This document shows positions 34,610 to 43,534 of a DNA stretch of 64,000 bases, piece after piece. Position 1 is the stretch's first letter, and each line of letters begins with the position of its first letter. Location of the stretch: assembly GCA_036338695.1 (NCBI GenBank), contig JAYZBQ010000022.1:11644-75643 (forward strand), in the 5' to 3' direction. The notes beneath the pieces were generated by a model. It was not told where the DNA came from and made no database searches. It worked only from the letters and a program-made list of their open reading frames with translations. Made by a program: the position numbers and the translations under genes. Source of the DNA: Myxococcota bacterium. GTDB lineage: Bacteria > Myxococcota > UBA4151.

Positions 34610-35602
34610 CTAACCGAACACGAAGCGCTGGTTCCAGTGCGGGAAAATGAAACGCTGTGTCGGGGTGTTGACGAACCGCGCGCGCAAAGCCGGAAGGTCC
34701 ACCTTCATGATCTCTTTGGGGACGCCAGCCTTCGGCTCGAAAAAATCTTCCCAGTGGCAAAAGATCACGTCGGGTGCTTGGAGCGTATCGATCAGGTTCG
34801 GCGTGGCTCCACGCGCTTTGAGGTTGGCGCAATCCATCGGCAACAACGCCACGTCGACAGGGTGCTCTTCAAAGACCTTAGGCGGCGCGAAGCCAGCCGG
34901 ATAGCCGGTGCTTGAGGTCTGCACGTAGACGCGCTTAGCGACCCGCCCTGCGCGCAAGAAATCGATGAGGAAGGCAAGCGTGATGCCTTCTTGAAAATCG
35001 GACGCGTACACCGGCGCGCGTACCCGATCGCTCTCGAGGCGCTCTCGCCAAAGATGAACAAAGGCGTACTGGCTCGGGTGCCCTGACAGGATCGGGAGGA
35101 TCCGCATCGTCCCGCACGCGCTGAGCTGCCAAGTCCCAGCTCGCTCGGGCGTTGCGGCGACCTCGTTCATCGGCAAGATGGCGCGCCCTAAGCGGACGGG
35201 AGCGAAGACATGCTTGAGCGTGCGACTTGCGTAGATCCGAGCAGCCGGGTGAACGTGTGCGCTCGCTGGCTCGAGATCCAGGCAGTGATCATAGTGCCCA
35301 TGCCCCACCAAAATGGCGGTCACGGGTGCCAGGTCGGCTCGATGCTTAGCGAACTCGGCGGCGTCGTGCTCAAGCGGCGCAAACAGGACCTCGCTGAGCG
35401 GTCGGTGCGACCAAAAAGGGTCCGTTAGAACCGCCGAGTCTCCATAACGGATCAGGCAGCAGCCCACGCTGTAGTAGGTCACTTCGAGCTTGCTTGAGGG
35501 CGGCGCGGCGACCCCGCGATCAAAGGGAAACCCAGCGAGTCGTGAGCCGCAGCCGATCGCCCCGACAAGCCCGCTGTAAAGAAACGCGCGCCGATCGATC
35601 AT
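34610..35602 (-). CDS. MBL-fold metallo-hydrolase, probable Tat/lipoprotein signal
   Basis: DRRAFL twin-Arg; TDPFWS; GHGHYDH; HWEDFF. Confidence 0.8.
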   Translation of the reverse strand: MIDRRAFLYSGLVGAIGCGSRLAGFPFDRGVAAPPSSKLEVTYYSVGCCLIRYGDSAVLTDPFWSHRPLSEVLFAPLEHDAAEFAKHRADLAPVTAILVGHGHYDHCLDLEPASAHVHPAARIYASRTLKHVFAPVRLGRAILPMNEVAATPERAGTWQLSACGTMRILPILSGHPSQYAFVHLWRERLESDRVRAPVYASDFQEGITLAFLIDFLRAGRVAKRVYVQTSSTGYPAGFAPPKVFEEHPVDVALLPMDCANLKARGATPNLIDTLQAPDVIFCHWEDFFEPKAGVPKEIMKVDLPALRARFVNTPTQRFIFPHWNQRFVFG

Positions 35603-35617
35603 GCGCGCACGGCGTGG

Positions 35618-36055
35618 CTACTCATAACCAAGCTCAGGGCTGAGCAGGCGCCGACCGACGACAAAAACGCCCTGCCCACGCGCGACACATTCGCCCTGCT
35701 CGTCGAGCAGCTCGCCGGCTGCGATCAGCTTGCGCTCGGTGACCTCGGTCACCTGAGCGTGCGCGCACACCACACCGCCGACCACCGGCTGAAGCAGATC
35801 GATCTCAAAATGAGCGGTCAAAATGAAACGGTCTTCCACCATCGACTGCGCCGCAAAATAAGTCGCGTCGTCCAGCGCCTTAAAATAGACAGCGCCGTGC
35901 ATCGCCCCGGCGCTGTGAAAGAAGTCTTCACGAACGGTCAGCCGGACCTGCGCCTGCCCCGAACCCACCTCGAGATGCGGTTGAAAGAACGAATTGATCG
36001 GCGCCGTCATGTACATGCGCTCAAGTTTGCGAAAATGCTCGAGATCCTGGGGCAT
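35618..36055 (-). CDS. PaaI family thioesterase
   Basis: HGAVYFKALDDA hotdog motif. Confidence 0.85.
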   Translation of the reverse strand: MPQDLEHFRKLERMYMTAPINSFFQPHLEVGSGQAQVRLTVREDFFHSAGAMHGAVYFKALDDATYFAAQSMVEDRFILTAHFEIDLLQPVVGGVVCAHAQVTEVTERKLIAAGELLDEQGECVARGQGVFVVGRRLLSPELGYE

Positions 36056-36114
36056 GGGCTGATCGTGCCACGAATCGCTGCGCCGCAAAAGGCGCACCCA
36101 ACCGAGTGCGCCGG

Positions 36115-36519
36115 CTACTCGAGCTCTGCGCAGGGGTCGGAGGGCTGCCAGTCGCCGCGAGCGAAGAAGCAGCCGAGCGAGAGCTCATCGCAGGTCGAGC
36201 CGGTCTCGCTGGAGAAAACGATGTTCCAGGCCTCGACCGTTCCCGGATCCACCGCGCAGACACCTTGCAGCTCGGAGCGATCACAGGCTTCGACCGAAAC
36301 CAGCTCGCCCGGTTCCGAACCAGGGACCGGCGCATCACAGTCGGTCCGCATGGCGCCTGCGCTCCAGCTTGAGCCCACATACTCCTTGCACTCAAGCTCA
36401 CCGGTAAAGCCGTTGATGTACTGGCAGCTCGCTAAGACGCCGCTCGGCTGCTCTTCAGCTTCAGGTCCGCAGCCACTCATCGCGGCGACCACGGACAGCA
36501 TGATGACGCAACGGCTCAT
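36115..36519 (-). CDS. small Cys-rich lipoprotein
   Basis: GGAG RBS; lipobox MSGC; multiple Cys in the mature part. Confidence 0.65.
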   Translation of the reverse strand: MSRCVIMLSVVAAMSGCGPEAEEQPSGVLASCQYINGFTGELECKEYVGSSWSAGAMRTDCDAPVPGSEPGELVSVEACDRSELQGVCAVDPGTVEAWNIVFSSETGSTCDELSLGCFFARGDWQPSDPCAELE

Positions 36520-36549
36520 CGGACTCCTCCGGCGAAGACGACATCTTAT

Positions 36550-36587
36550 GATCGAAATAAACGAATAATGAAAGAATAAAACGACTA
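36550..36587 (+). promoter_or_regulatory. putative operator: two pairs of 9-bp direct repeats
   Basis: GATCGAAAT-AAACGAATA (36550-36567) and GAAAGAATA-AAACGACTA (36570-36587) in the AT-rich divergent intergenic region. Confidence 0.45.
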
Positions 36588-36679
36588 TTACAGCCAGATC
36601 TCCCATCGGAACACTCGCGCAGGTTGTCGGCGCTGGACTCTGCAGGCATGCTCCGGCGCCCTAGTGCGAGACGCGATAC

Positions 36680-37519
36680 ATGATTGCGCATCCCATCCCG
36701 TATCAAGGCAGTAAACGCCGCCTCGCCGGTCAGATCCTGCGCTTTGCACCGACACCGATACAGACCCTTTACGAGCCCTTCGCCGGCTCGGCTGCCATCA
36801 CCCTCGCCGCAGCCGCCTCGGAGCGCGCCCAGCGCTATGTTCTCGGAGATCAGCTCCAACCGCTGATCGAACTCTGGAATGAGGTGCTCGAGCGACCTCA
36901 TGAGCTGGCGGCTGCTTACACCGACTTGTGGCACGCTCAACACCATGACCCGAGAGCCTTCTTTGAGCAGGTACGGAGCGACTACAATGAATCGGCTGGC
37001 AGCGCTCGATTGCTCTATCTGCTGGCTCGGTGCGTCAAAAACGCCGTCCGCTTTAATGCGGCGGGTGCCTTTAACCAATCTGCGGATCACCGGCGACTCG
37101 GCACTAAGCCGGAGCGGATGAAGCGGCATATCCTGCTGGCGCACCAACACCTCGAGGGCCGTACACGAGCGGTTGCGACCGACTTCAGCGCGACGCTCGC
37201 GGCGGCTAAGCCAGGTGATTTGGTGTATTTAGACCCGCCCTATCAAGGAACCAGTCAAGGTAAAGACCGGCGCTATGTCGCCTCGCTCACACGCGAGCGA
37301 TTGATCAGTGAGCTAGAGCGCCTGCGAAGCCGAGGCGTTGCGACGATCGTAAGTTATGACGGCAGCACCGGGACACGGCGTTATGGCACACCGCTTCCGG
37401 CAGAGCTTGGGCTGCGTCGAATCGAGCTTAAGGCGGGCTGGTCGTCGCAAGCGACCCTCAACGGCCGGCGCGCCCAAACCGTGGAGTCGCTCTACCTCTC
37501 ACCGGAGGTGGCACCCTGA
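36680..37519 (+). CDS. orphan DNA adenine methyltransferase (Dam/D12 class)
   Basis: YQGSKRRL, EPFAGSAA (motif I), YLDPPY (motif IV); no adjacent nuclease. Confidence 0.88.
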   Translation: MIAHPIPYQGSKRRLAGQILRFAPTPIQTLYEPFAGSAAITLAAAASERAQRYVLGDQLQPLIELWNEVLERPHELAAAYTDLWHAQHHDPRAFFEQVRSDYNESAGSARLLYLLARCVKNAVRFNAAGAFNQSADHRRLGTKPERMKRHILLAHQHLEGRTRAVATDFSATLAAAKPGDLVYLDPPYQGTSQGKDRRYVASLTRERLISELERLRSRGVATIVSYDGSTGTRRYGTPLPAELGLRRIELKAGWSSQATLNGRRAQTVESLYLSPEVAP

Positions 37520-38220
37520 CGGCGCCTACGCAGCGCCCAAACACTGAAAAACAACCACCAACCCGGAGCAGCCGTTACTGAACAACCTGCAGGTGTCTCA
37601 GCACCACAGACCTGCTCCACAGGGTCGACCGCAGGCCCCGAGCCCGCTTCGTGGAAAAATCGGGCGTCTCCGAGCCAGTTCGGGGCGTTCGCCCAATCGT
37701 CACTCCCGAACTGTTCGGTCTCACCCACCGCCACCCACAGCTTACCCGTCTCACCGGTGGGACTCCATGCGGCGAGATAGCCGACCCCAGCCGGTACGGC
37801 GACCTTGCGCTCGATTAGGATCCAGGACTGCGTCTGCGTGAAAGGCTCAAAGAAGAGCTCACGTTCGCCCGAAACTGCGAGTCGCTCCAGACCCATGTCG
37901 TCCGGGATCGCAAAGGGCGTCGACTCATCCTGGCTGGCTTGCTCGTGAACCACGCCGAGCGCTGGCTCGTACTGCGCCAGCCGATCGATCAATGGAACGC
38001 CGAGCTGAACGAAGATCTCGGTGGGCTCGTCCACCTCATAGCGCAGCCAAAGGACGGGCTGCTCACAGGTCACGTTATGATAGAGCACGATGGAGATGTC
38101 TGGGTTTTCGATGGTCCATGCCTGCTCAGACGTTCCATACTGCCCGTCAGAGAAAAAGGGTTTATGCGCCGCAGCCGGCGTCGCGATCAGCCCTAAACCA
38201 AGCCAGAGAATGGAACGCAC
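37492..38220 (-). CDS. secreted protein with MYXO-CTERM-like tail
   Basis: Signal peptide then AHKPFF; FFEPFTQT motif; AGCS + hydrophobic stretch + RRRR. Confidence 0.65.
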   Translation of the reverse strand: MRSILWLGLGLIATPAAAHKPFFSDGQYGTSEQAWTIENPDISIVLYHNVTCEQPVLWLRYEVDEPTEIFVQLGVPLIDRLAQYEPALGVVHEQASQDESTPFAIPDDMGLERLAVSGERELFFEPFTQTQSWILIERKVAVPAGVGYLAAWSPTGETGKLWVAVGETEQFGSDDWANAPNWLGDARFFHEAGSGPAVDPVEQVCGAETPAGCSVTAAPGWWLFFSVWALRRRRQGATSGER

Positions 38221-38271
38221 AGCACACACCTCGCTTACCACATGACCACAATACACTTTTTACCGTACGCA

Positions 38272-38298
38272 AAACGACCAAAACGATCAACCCATCCA
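38272..38298 (+). promoter_or_regulatory. putative operator: tandem 9-bp direct repeats
   Basis: AAACGACCA-AAACGATCA-ACCCATCCA. Confidence 0.6.
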
Positions 38299-38381
38299 AC
38301 CAAGAGATGCGAATTGCGCTCAATCCGAGAAGGGATTGCAGAAAACGAGGGATTGGGCGTCTATGGATCATGGAGGTCGTC

Positions 38382-39302
38382 ATGCGCACCTTGATCCTAC
38401 TCTTCGCGCTGAGTTCCCCTGCTATCGCTGTGGCGGATTCGGCGGCAGTTTTCTCAAGAGGACCGCAAGCCACAGCGCCCGAGCGCGCCAGCCTGATCAT
38501 GCTCATCCGCAGCGCGCTCACAGAGCTCGGCTATTCTGAATGCCTTGATCGCAAGGGGCTGACCGTACCGAAGACGGCTCAGCTCAAGCGCCTGCTTGCC
38601 GACAAAGGCTGTGACCGCCTGTTCATGGTCGAGGTTATCCCACTGGGGCAAAAACGGGTCGTTCAGCTCACGGAGCTCAGCGCGTCAGCGCCCGAAAAAT
38701 CCCTGCACAGCGTGCGGATGAGCGCTGCGCGCGTCGAAGAGTTCGACGTTCTTGCGCCCAGGCTCGCCAAGGCGGTGCTCACGCGACGAGACGCCCGCAC
38801 CACCGCTCAGGTCGATCAGGTCACCGAGCGAGAGGGGCGAGACTGGAGGAAACGAGACGGCGAGCTCCTCGTCGGCGCCTCCATCCCCGTCGGCATCAGC
38901 GCGCACGCCGAGGCGGCGGCGTCGTACGGGATCGGTGGGCTGCTCAGCTATGAGATGGAGCGGGCTCGCCTCGACGCCGCCTTCTTGGGGCAGTTCAACA
39001 GCAGCGGAGACGAGTTGTGGCATGGAGGGCTCACGCTCGGTGCAGCGTATCTTTTCAACGCCGGCAACATCTCGCCCTACGTGGGCGCAAGCCTCGGTTA
39101 CGGGGCGACCTGGATGGGCTCCGACGTCGATGACGCCGACTTTGGATTGTTGACCAGCGTCGGCGGCGGCGTCGAATTCTTTCGGCTCTACCGCGCCCGG
39201 ATGCTCATCGACGCCAGGGTGACGGTCCCCACTTATCAGCTTGGGGACCGTCGCTACCCGATCTTCACCGGGATGTTCGGCGTCATGCTGGCGCTGCGCT
39301 AA
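38382..39302 (+). CDS. secreted protein with C-terminal outer-membrane beta-barrel-like domain
   Basis: GGAGG RBS; signal peptide; alternating beta-strand pattern 'ISPYVGASLGYG', 'GGGVEFFR'. Confidence 0.6.
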   Translation: MRTLILLFALSSPAIAVADSAAVFSRGPQATAPERASLIMLIRSALTELGYSECLDRKGLTVPKTAQLKRLLADKGCDRLFMVEVIPLGQKRVVQLTELSASAPEKSLHSVRMSAARVEEFDVLAPRLAKAVLTRRDARTTAQVDQVTEREGRDWRKRDGELLVGASIPVGISAHAEAAASYGIGGLLSYEMERARLDAAFLGQFNSSGDELWHGGLTLGAAYLFNAGNISPYVGASLGYGATWMGSDVDDADFGLLTSVGGGVEFFRLYRARMLIDARVTVPTYQLGDRRYPIFTGMFGVMLALR

Positions 39303-39304
39303 GG

Positions 39305-39976
39305 TCAGTACTTAACGCTGCAGCCCCAGCTCGAGGTGCTCGCTTTGCGCACACGCTTTCCAGAAGCCAAGTCGGCGAGCGCGTTGGTCAAGTACGGCTT
39401 GTAGGACTTGCCTTTGCGGCCGCTCGGTGCGTTGTCCGGCCCGCCCTTATAAGCCAGGTTGCCCTTGGCATCGACGACGAACATATGCGGGGTCGTCTTG
39501 GCGCCGTAGGCCTTGCCGACCTGGCCCGACTCATCGATCAGGATCGGGTAGTCCATGCTCCACTTTTTCGCGGCGGCTCGGTTCACTTCGGTGCCCTGTC
39601 CCTGCCGGCCCTTGGCGCCCGAGTTGATCGCAAGCCAGACGGTGTCTTTGCTCGACGTCGTCTTGGCGAGATTTTCCAGCACGCCGCCTTTGCCGTGCGC
39701 CGAGACCACGAAGGGGCACTCAGGGTTAAACCACTCGAGCACCACTGTCTTGCCCTTGTACTGCTCCAAAGAGTGCTCTTTACCATTGAGGTCTTTGAGC
39801 TTGAACGTCGGAGCGGCGTGCCCGACCGATGCCGTCTTGCCGTGCTGATGGTTGGTCTTCGCTTTGGCGTGGGCGGGCCCGCAGCCTCCGCAGTGCGCCA
39901 AAAGAGGCGGAGCAGCCTGGGCAGCGTGCGCCCAAGATAACGCCAGGACCGGGAGAAAGACTCGAAGGATCGTCAT
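39305..39976 (-). CDS. periplasmic thioredoxin/redoxin family protein
   Basis: VVLEWFNPECPFV, AINS, YGAKTTPHMFV, WGCSVKY. Confidence 0.88.
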   Translation of the reverse strand: MTILRVFLPVLALSWAHAAQAAPPLLAHCGGCGPAHAKAKTNHQHGKTASVGHAAPTFKLKDLNGKEHSLEQYKGKTVVLEWFNPECPFVVSAHGKGGVLENLAKTTSSKDTVWLAINSGAKGRQGQGTEVNRAAAKKWSMDYPILIDESGQVGKAYGAKTTPHMFVVDAKGNLAYKGGPDNAPSGRKGKSYKPYLTNALADLASGKRVRKASTSSWGCSVKY

Positions 39977-40848
39977 GGTATATTCCCTTTCATGAGATCG
40001 GTTTCCACGGCTGTGTAGCCACTCGCCGTTTCGATGTGAAGCGTCGCCAACAAGGACGCTGGTGTCGGTGATTTAGTCCAAAGCTCCGCCGGGAGCCTGC
40101 ACAGATTGTCTCGGCAGTAAGGCGTGGCGAGCCCATCGAGGCGAAGATGGAGCGCAGCGTGCGGGAACAATCTCACGGTGGCGCCTGCGGGTCCCTCGTA
40201 AACCCGCTCGGCGCCCGCGCGCTTCCACACGACCGATCGCTCCACCGGCAGCGCCTGCCATGCCTTATCCGTTGCGCTCTCTGGCTTCAGGGCTGCTGGA
40301 TCAGCTGGCTGAACCGCAATCTTCTTCGAGCCCTTGATGCAGATCTCGGCGCACGCCAGCCAGCTCGCCTCAAGCATTAACGCTTTGGATGACTCGAGCG
40401 GCGTCGAAGGGCGCTGCAGAAAGAAGGTCGTCGCTCCATCAAAGCCGTAGGAGACGATATCGCCTGCGCTCACCTTGCGCTTGGGTGCTGGCATCCGCGC
40501 AGCGACCTGTTCACGCCGTGGCGCGAGCAACTCGAAGGCTGTGGCGAGCCCCGTATCGCCGGGGCTATGCCAGTAAATGTGCCAACCTGGCGCAGGCGTG
40601 AGCTCGACGGCGAGCTGCGGCGCATCAACTCCGGTGATGCTCGTCCACTTCGCGCGTACGGCAACCTTTGGGACCTTCTCCGGCACCGGCTGGTGGGCAC
40701 GTTTCGCCTGCCCATCGGGCGCGGCGATCGGCTGGGCAGGCGCTGCTGGCGGGACCGCAATAGACGGACGCTCTACGCAGGCTGCGGCGACCGCAGCAAA
40801 GCTCAACAAAGCCGTGCGCCAAAGCGTCAAGTAAAGCCGACTGTTCAT
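39973..40848 (-). CDS. DsbD N-terminal (DsbC-like) domain lipoprotein
   Basis: GWHIYWHSPGDTG and WLACAEIC motifs; lipobox AAAC; coupled to the redoxin gene. Confidence 0.8.
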   Translation of the reverse strand: MNSRLYLTLWRTALLSFAAVAAACVERPSIAVPPAAPAQPIAAPDGQAKRAHQPVPEKVPKVAVRAKWTSITGVDAPQLAVELTPAPGWHIYWHSPGDTGLATAFELLAPRREQVAARMPAPKRKVSAGDIVSYGFDGATTFFLQRPSTPLESSKALMLEASWLACAEICIKGSKKIAVQPADPAALKPESATDKAWQALPVERSVVWKRAGAERVYEGPAGATVRLFPHAALHLRLDGLATPYCRDNLCRLPAELWTKSPTPASLLATLHIETASGYTAVETDLMKGNIP

Positions 40849-40888
40849 GGCGCGCAAATTAGACACGAGGTGATGACACCGCAACCCA

Positions 40889-40958
40889 AAACGACCAAAT
40901 CAACTTAATTTTCCGCTTGATTCCTGGTAAATCGGCAAATAAACGACCAAACCGACTC
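40889..40958 (+). promoter_or_regulatory. putative operator: two pairs of 9-bp direct repeats
   Basis: AAACGACCA-AATCAACTT (40889-40906) and AAACGACCA-AACCGACTC (40941-40958), the second just before the GAGGAGG RBS of the SOUL gene. Confidence 0.65.
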
Positions 40959-40972
40959 ACGAGGAGGTAAAA

Positions 40973-41641
40973 ATGAACGACGCTTTGCTCTGGATCGGCG
41001 TAGGAACGGCGCTCGTCGCTGGGCTTTGGTCAGGCTACACGGTCTTTTATGAAGGTCAGCTCGAGCAGCCGGCCTACGAGACCGTGCTTCGGCAGAGCGT
41101 CTTCGAGGTCAGGCGTTACGAGCCCTTCATCGTCGCAACCACGCCGATTCGTGGTCAGGGGCGCGCGCAGATGAGCGACGGATTCCGCTCCTTAGCGGGC
41201 TATATTTTTGGGCGGAACCAACCGCGAGAAAAGCTGGCGATGACAGCGCCGGTCCTTGCGACCACCGGCGAGGCGCTCGGTATGACGGCGCCGGTGATCA
41301 CCGACCGCTCAGCCGGGCACATGGCGTTTGTGATGCCGAGCCAGCGCACGCTCGCCGACCTGCCTCGACCGACCGGGCGGGGCATCACTCTAAAGACCAC
41401 TGACTGGGGTTTGGTAGCCGCTGTGCGCTACGCCGGCTACGCCACCGAGGAGCGAGTCCAGCGTCAGACGAAGTCGCTCAATGAGTGGCTTACCAAGCAG
41501 GGCTATGAAGTGCGCGGCGAAGCGCTAAGCGCTCAATACAACTCACCGAGTGCCATGCCGCTCTTGCGTCGAAACGAGATCCTCATCCCAGTACGCCCGG
41601 TGGTTACGGTGCTGTCGAGCTCAGCTTCGGAAGCGGAATAA
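40973..41641 (+). CDS. SOUL haem-binding protein
   Basis: EQPAY, FEVRRY, GFRSLAGYIFG.N, MTAPV (x2), MAFVMP, RRNEILI. Confidence 0.92.
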   Translation: MNDALLWIGVGTALVAGLWSGYTVFYEGQLEQPAYETVLRQSVFEVRRYEPFIVATTPIRGQGRAQMSDGFRSLAGYIFGRNQPREKLAMTAPVLATTGEALGMTAPVITDRSAGHMAFVMPSQRTLADLPRPTGRGITLKTTDWGLVAAVRYAGYATEERVQRQTKSLNEWLTKQGYEVRGEALSAQYNSPSAMPLLRRNEILIPVRPVVTVLSSSASEAE

Positions 41642-42497
41642 GCAGGTTAGTGCGGCGCTGGTAAGCCGCGAACTCCTCGAGGTGACCCCATTTGGCGAGC
41701 GCTCGCTCCTGCAGCAAGGGGACGCCGCTGCCGCGTGTCAGCAGCCCATAGACAAACACAGGCGAGCAGATCGCGAGCCACTGCAGCCCCTCGTAGTGGC
41801 CAAGTCCGGCTACGAAGAGCCCGGTCCATAACAGGATCTCACCGAAATAGTTGGGGTGCCGGGCGTAGGCCCACAACCCCTCATCGATCCAGCGCTCGCC
41901 CGATGCATTGCGCTGACGAAACCGCTTTTTCTGCTGATCTGCTACGACCTCAATCGTCCACCCAACCGTCCAGATGCACAGGCCGATCACCACCCAGGCG
42001 TCGAGCACAAATGGGCGCTTTGAGGTCAAGAGGATGATCACCGCAAACGAGGTCGTAAAGATCCACATCGCCTGGGCGGTCCACGCCATCACAAAGCGCG
42101 GGAACGAGTGCTTAATCTCATCAAAGCGTCCGTCCTTGCCCGTCTCGTGGATCCGGCGCGTCAAGAAGATGACGAGCCGCAAGGACCACAAGCCGACCGC
42201 CAGCGCGATCAGGAAGTGGTGGACTCCGGCCTGACCATTGGCGTGCGCCACCCAGAGACTCAGCCCAGCCATCAACAGAAACGTCGAGGTGCCCACCAGA
42301 TCGTAAAAGCGTTCACTCGAGAGCAAGTAGGCGGGGACAAACGCAAGCCACTGCAACCCCACAGCGATCAGCATGGCCAGCACGATGGCAGGCAAACCGC
42401 CCAGGCTGGCGTGACTGTGACCGCTGACCGCTGCGCTCAAGCCAAACAAGCCCAAGCAACAAAGGGCCGTGAACAGGTGCGCGGTGCTCGATTTCAC
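41604..42497 (-). CDS. DUF1295 / steroid 5-alpha-reductase-like membrane protein
   Basis: ERFYDLVG, KDGRFDEIK, ADQQK, GLWAYARHPNYFGE, SGVPLL. Confidence 0.9.
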   Translation of the reverse strand: MKSSTAHLFTALCCLGLFGLSAAVSGHSHASLGGLPAIVLAMLIAVGLQWLAFVPAYLLSSERFYDLVGTSTFLLMAGLSLWVAHANGQAGVHHFLIALAVGLWSLRLVIFLTRRIHETGKDGRFDEIKHSFPRFVMAWTAQAMWIFTTSFAVIILLTSKRPFVLDAWVVIGLCIWTVGWTIEVVADQQKKRFRQRNASGERWIDEGLWAYARHPNYFGEILLWTGLFVAGLGHYEGLQWLAICSPVFVYGLLTRGSGVPLLQERALAKWGHLEEFAAYQRRTNLLIPLPKLSSTAP

Positions 42498-42537
42498 AAC
42501 ACGACTCCTCGTCGGCGTTCGGGTGTTTTGCACCGAT

Positions 42538-42617
42538 TGGCCGATTATTTATCTTTTTTATGAACAGATTGGTCGATTTAATCAATCAGATTATATAATA
42601 AACGTATAAATCGACTT
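42538..42617. promoter_or_regulatory. divergent promoter with -10 box and 9-bp repeat operator
   Basis: TATAAT at 42594-42599 followed directly by AAACGTATA-AATCGACTT (42600-42617); minus-strand AATCGACCA (42570-42578) and AATCGGCCA (42538-42546). Confidence 0.65.
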
Positions 42618-42631
42618 TTAGGTGGACCCTC

Positions 42632-43534
42632 ATGAAAAGCGTGATCACGGGTGCGACGGGCTTGATCGGTATGCGGCTGGCTCAAGGCTTGGACCAACCG
42701 ACCATACTCAGCCGGAACCCGGAGCGAGCGCAGCGCCTGATGCCCGGCGCGCAGGCTGTTGGGTGGGCACCGGAGCGGGAAGCAGCGCCGGTCAGTGCGC
42801 TGGAGGGGCGAGACGTAGTGTTTCACCTCGCTGGCGAGCCCGTGGCGTCGGGACGCTGGAGCGATGAAAAGAAGCGCAGAATACGTGATAGCCGAGTGAT
42901 CGGGACCCAGCGCCTCCTTGAGGGGCTGGCAGCCTGCGAACATCCGCCAAAGACGCTTGTTGCAGCTTCCGCTGTGGGATTCTACGGTGATCGGGGTGAC
43001 ACCGTCCTCGACGAATCCTCATCGATGGGCGAGGGCTACCTGGCCGAGGTCTGCCGCGACTGGGAGACCGAGGCGCTTCGCGCCGAGAGCCTCGGCATCC
43101 GTGTCGTCTGCTTACGCATCGGCATCGTCCTCGCAGAAGACGGCGGTGCGCTCGAGCAGATGCTCCCTATCTTCCGACTCGGAGGGGGCGGAAAGCTGGG
43201 GAGCGGTCAGCAATGGATGCCCTGGATTCATGTCGACGACGTAGTCGGGCTGTTGCTTTGGTCCGCCACCAACCCGGAGGCGAGCGGGGTCTACAATGGC
43301 GTGGCTCCCGAGCCTGTCCGTAACGCGGAGTTCACCAAATCGCTGGCGGCAGCGATCAACCGCCCGGCGTTTATGCCGGTACCCCGCCTCGGTCTACGGC
43401 TTCTGTTTGGCGAGAAAACATCGATCATCATGGCGTCGCAGAACATCCAACCCCGGCGCGCCTTAGGTGACGGATATCGCTTCGCCTTCCCCCAACTCGA
43501 CGGAGCGCTGAACACCCTTTTTGGTGCGGCGTGA
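42632..43534 (+). CDS. TIGR01777 family NAD-dependent epimerase/oxidoreductase
   Basis: ITGATGLIG, HLAGE, SRVIGT, ASAVGFYG, GSGQQWMPWIH. Confidence 0.92.
   Translation: MKSVITGATGLIGMRLAQGLDQPTILSRNPERAQRLMPGAQAVGWAPEREAAPVSALEGRDVVFHLAGEPVASGRWSDEKKRRIRDSRVIGTQRLLEGLAACEHPPKTLVAASAVGFYGDRGDTVLDESSSMGEGYLAEVCRDWETEALRAESLGIRVVCLRIGIVLAEDGGALEQMLPIFRLGGGGKLGSGQQWMPWIHVDDVVGLLLWSATNPEASGVYNGVAPEPVRNAEFTKSLAAAINRPAFMPVPRLGLRLLFGEKTSIIMASQNIQPRRALGDGYRFAFPQLDGALNTLFGAA

Noticed and set aside
36680..37519. Restriction-modification or prophage locus around the adenine methyltransferase
   Set aside because: No nuclease, integrase or phage genes adjacent
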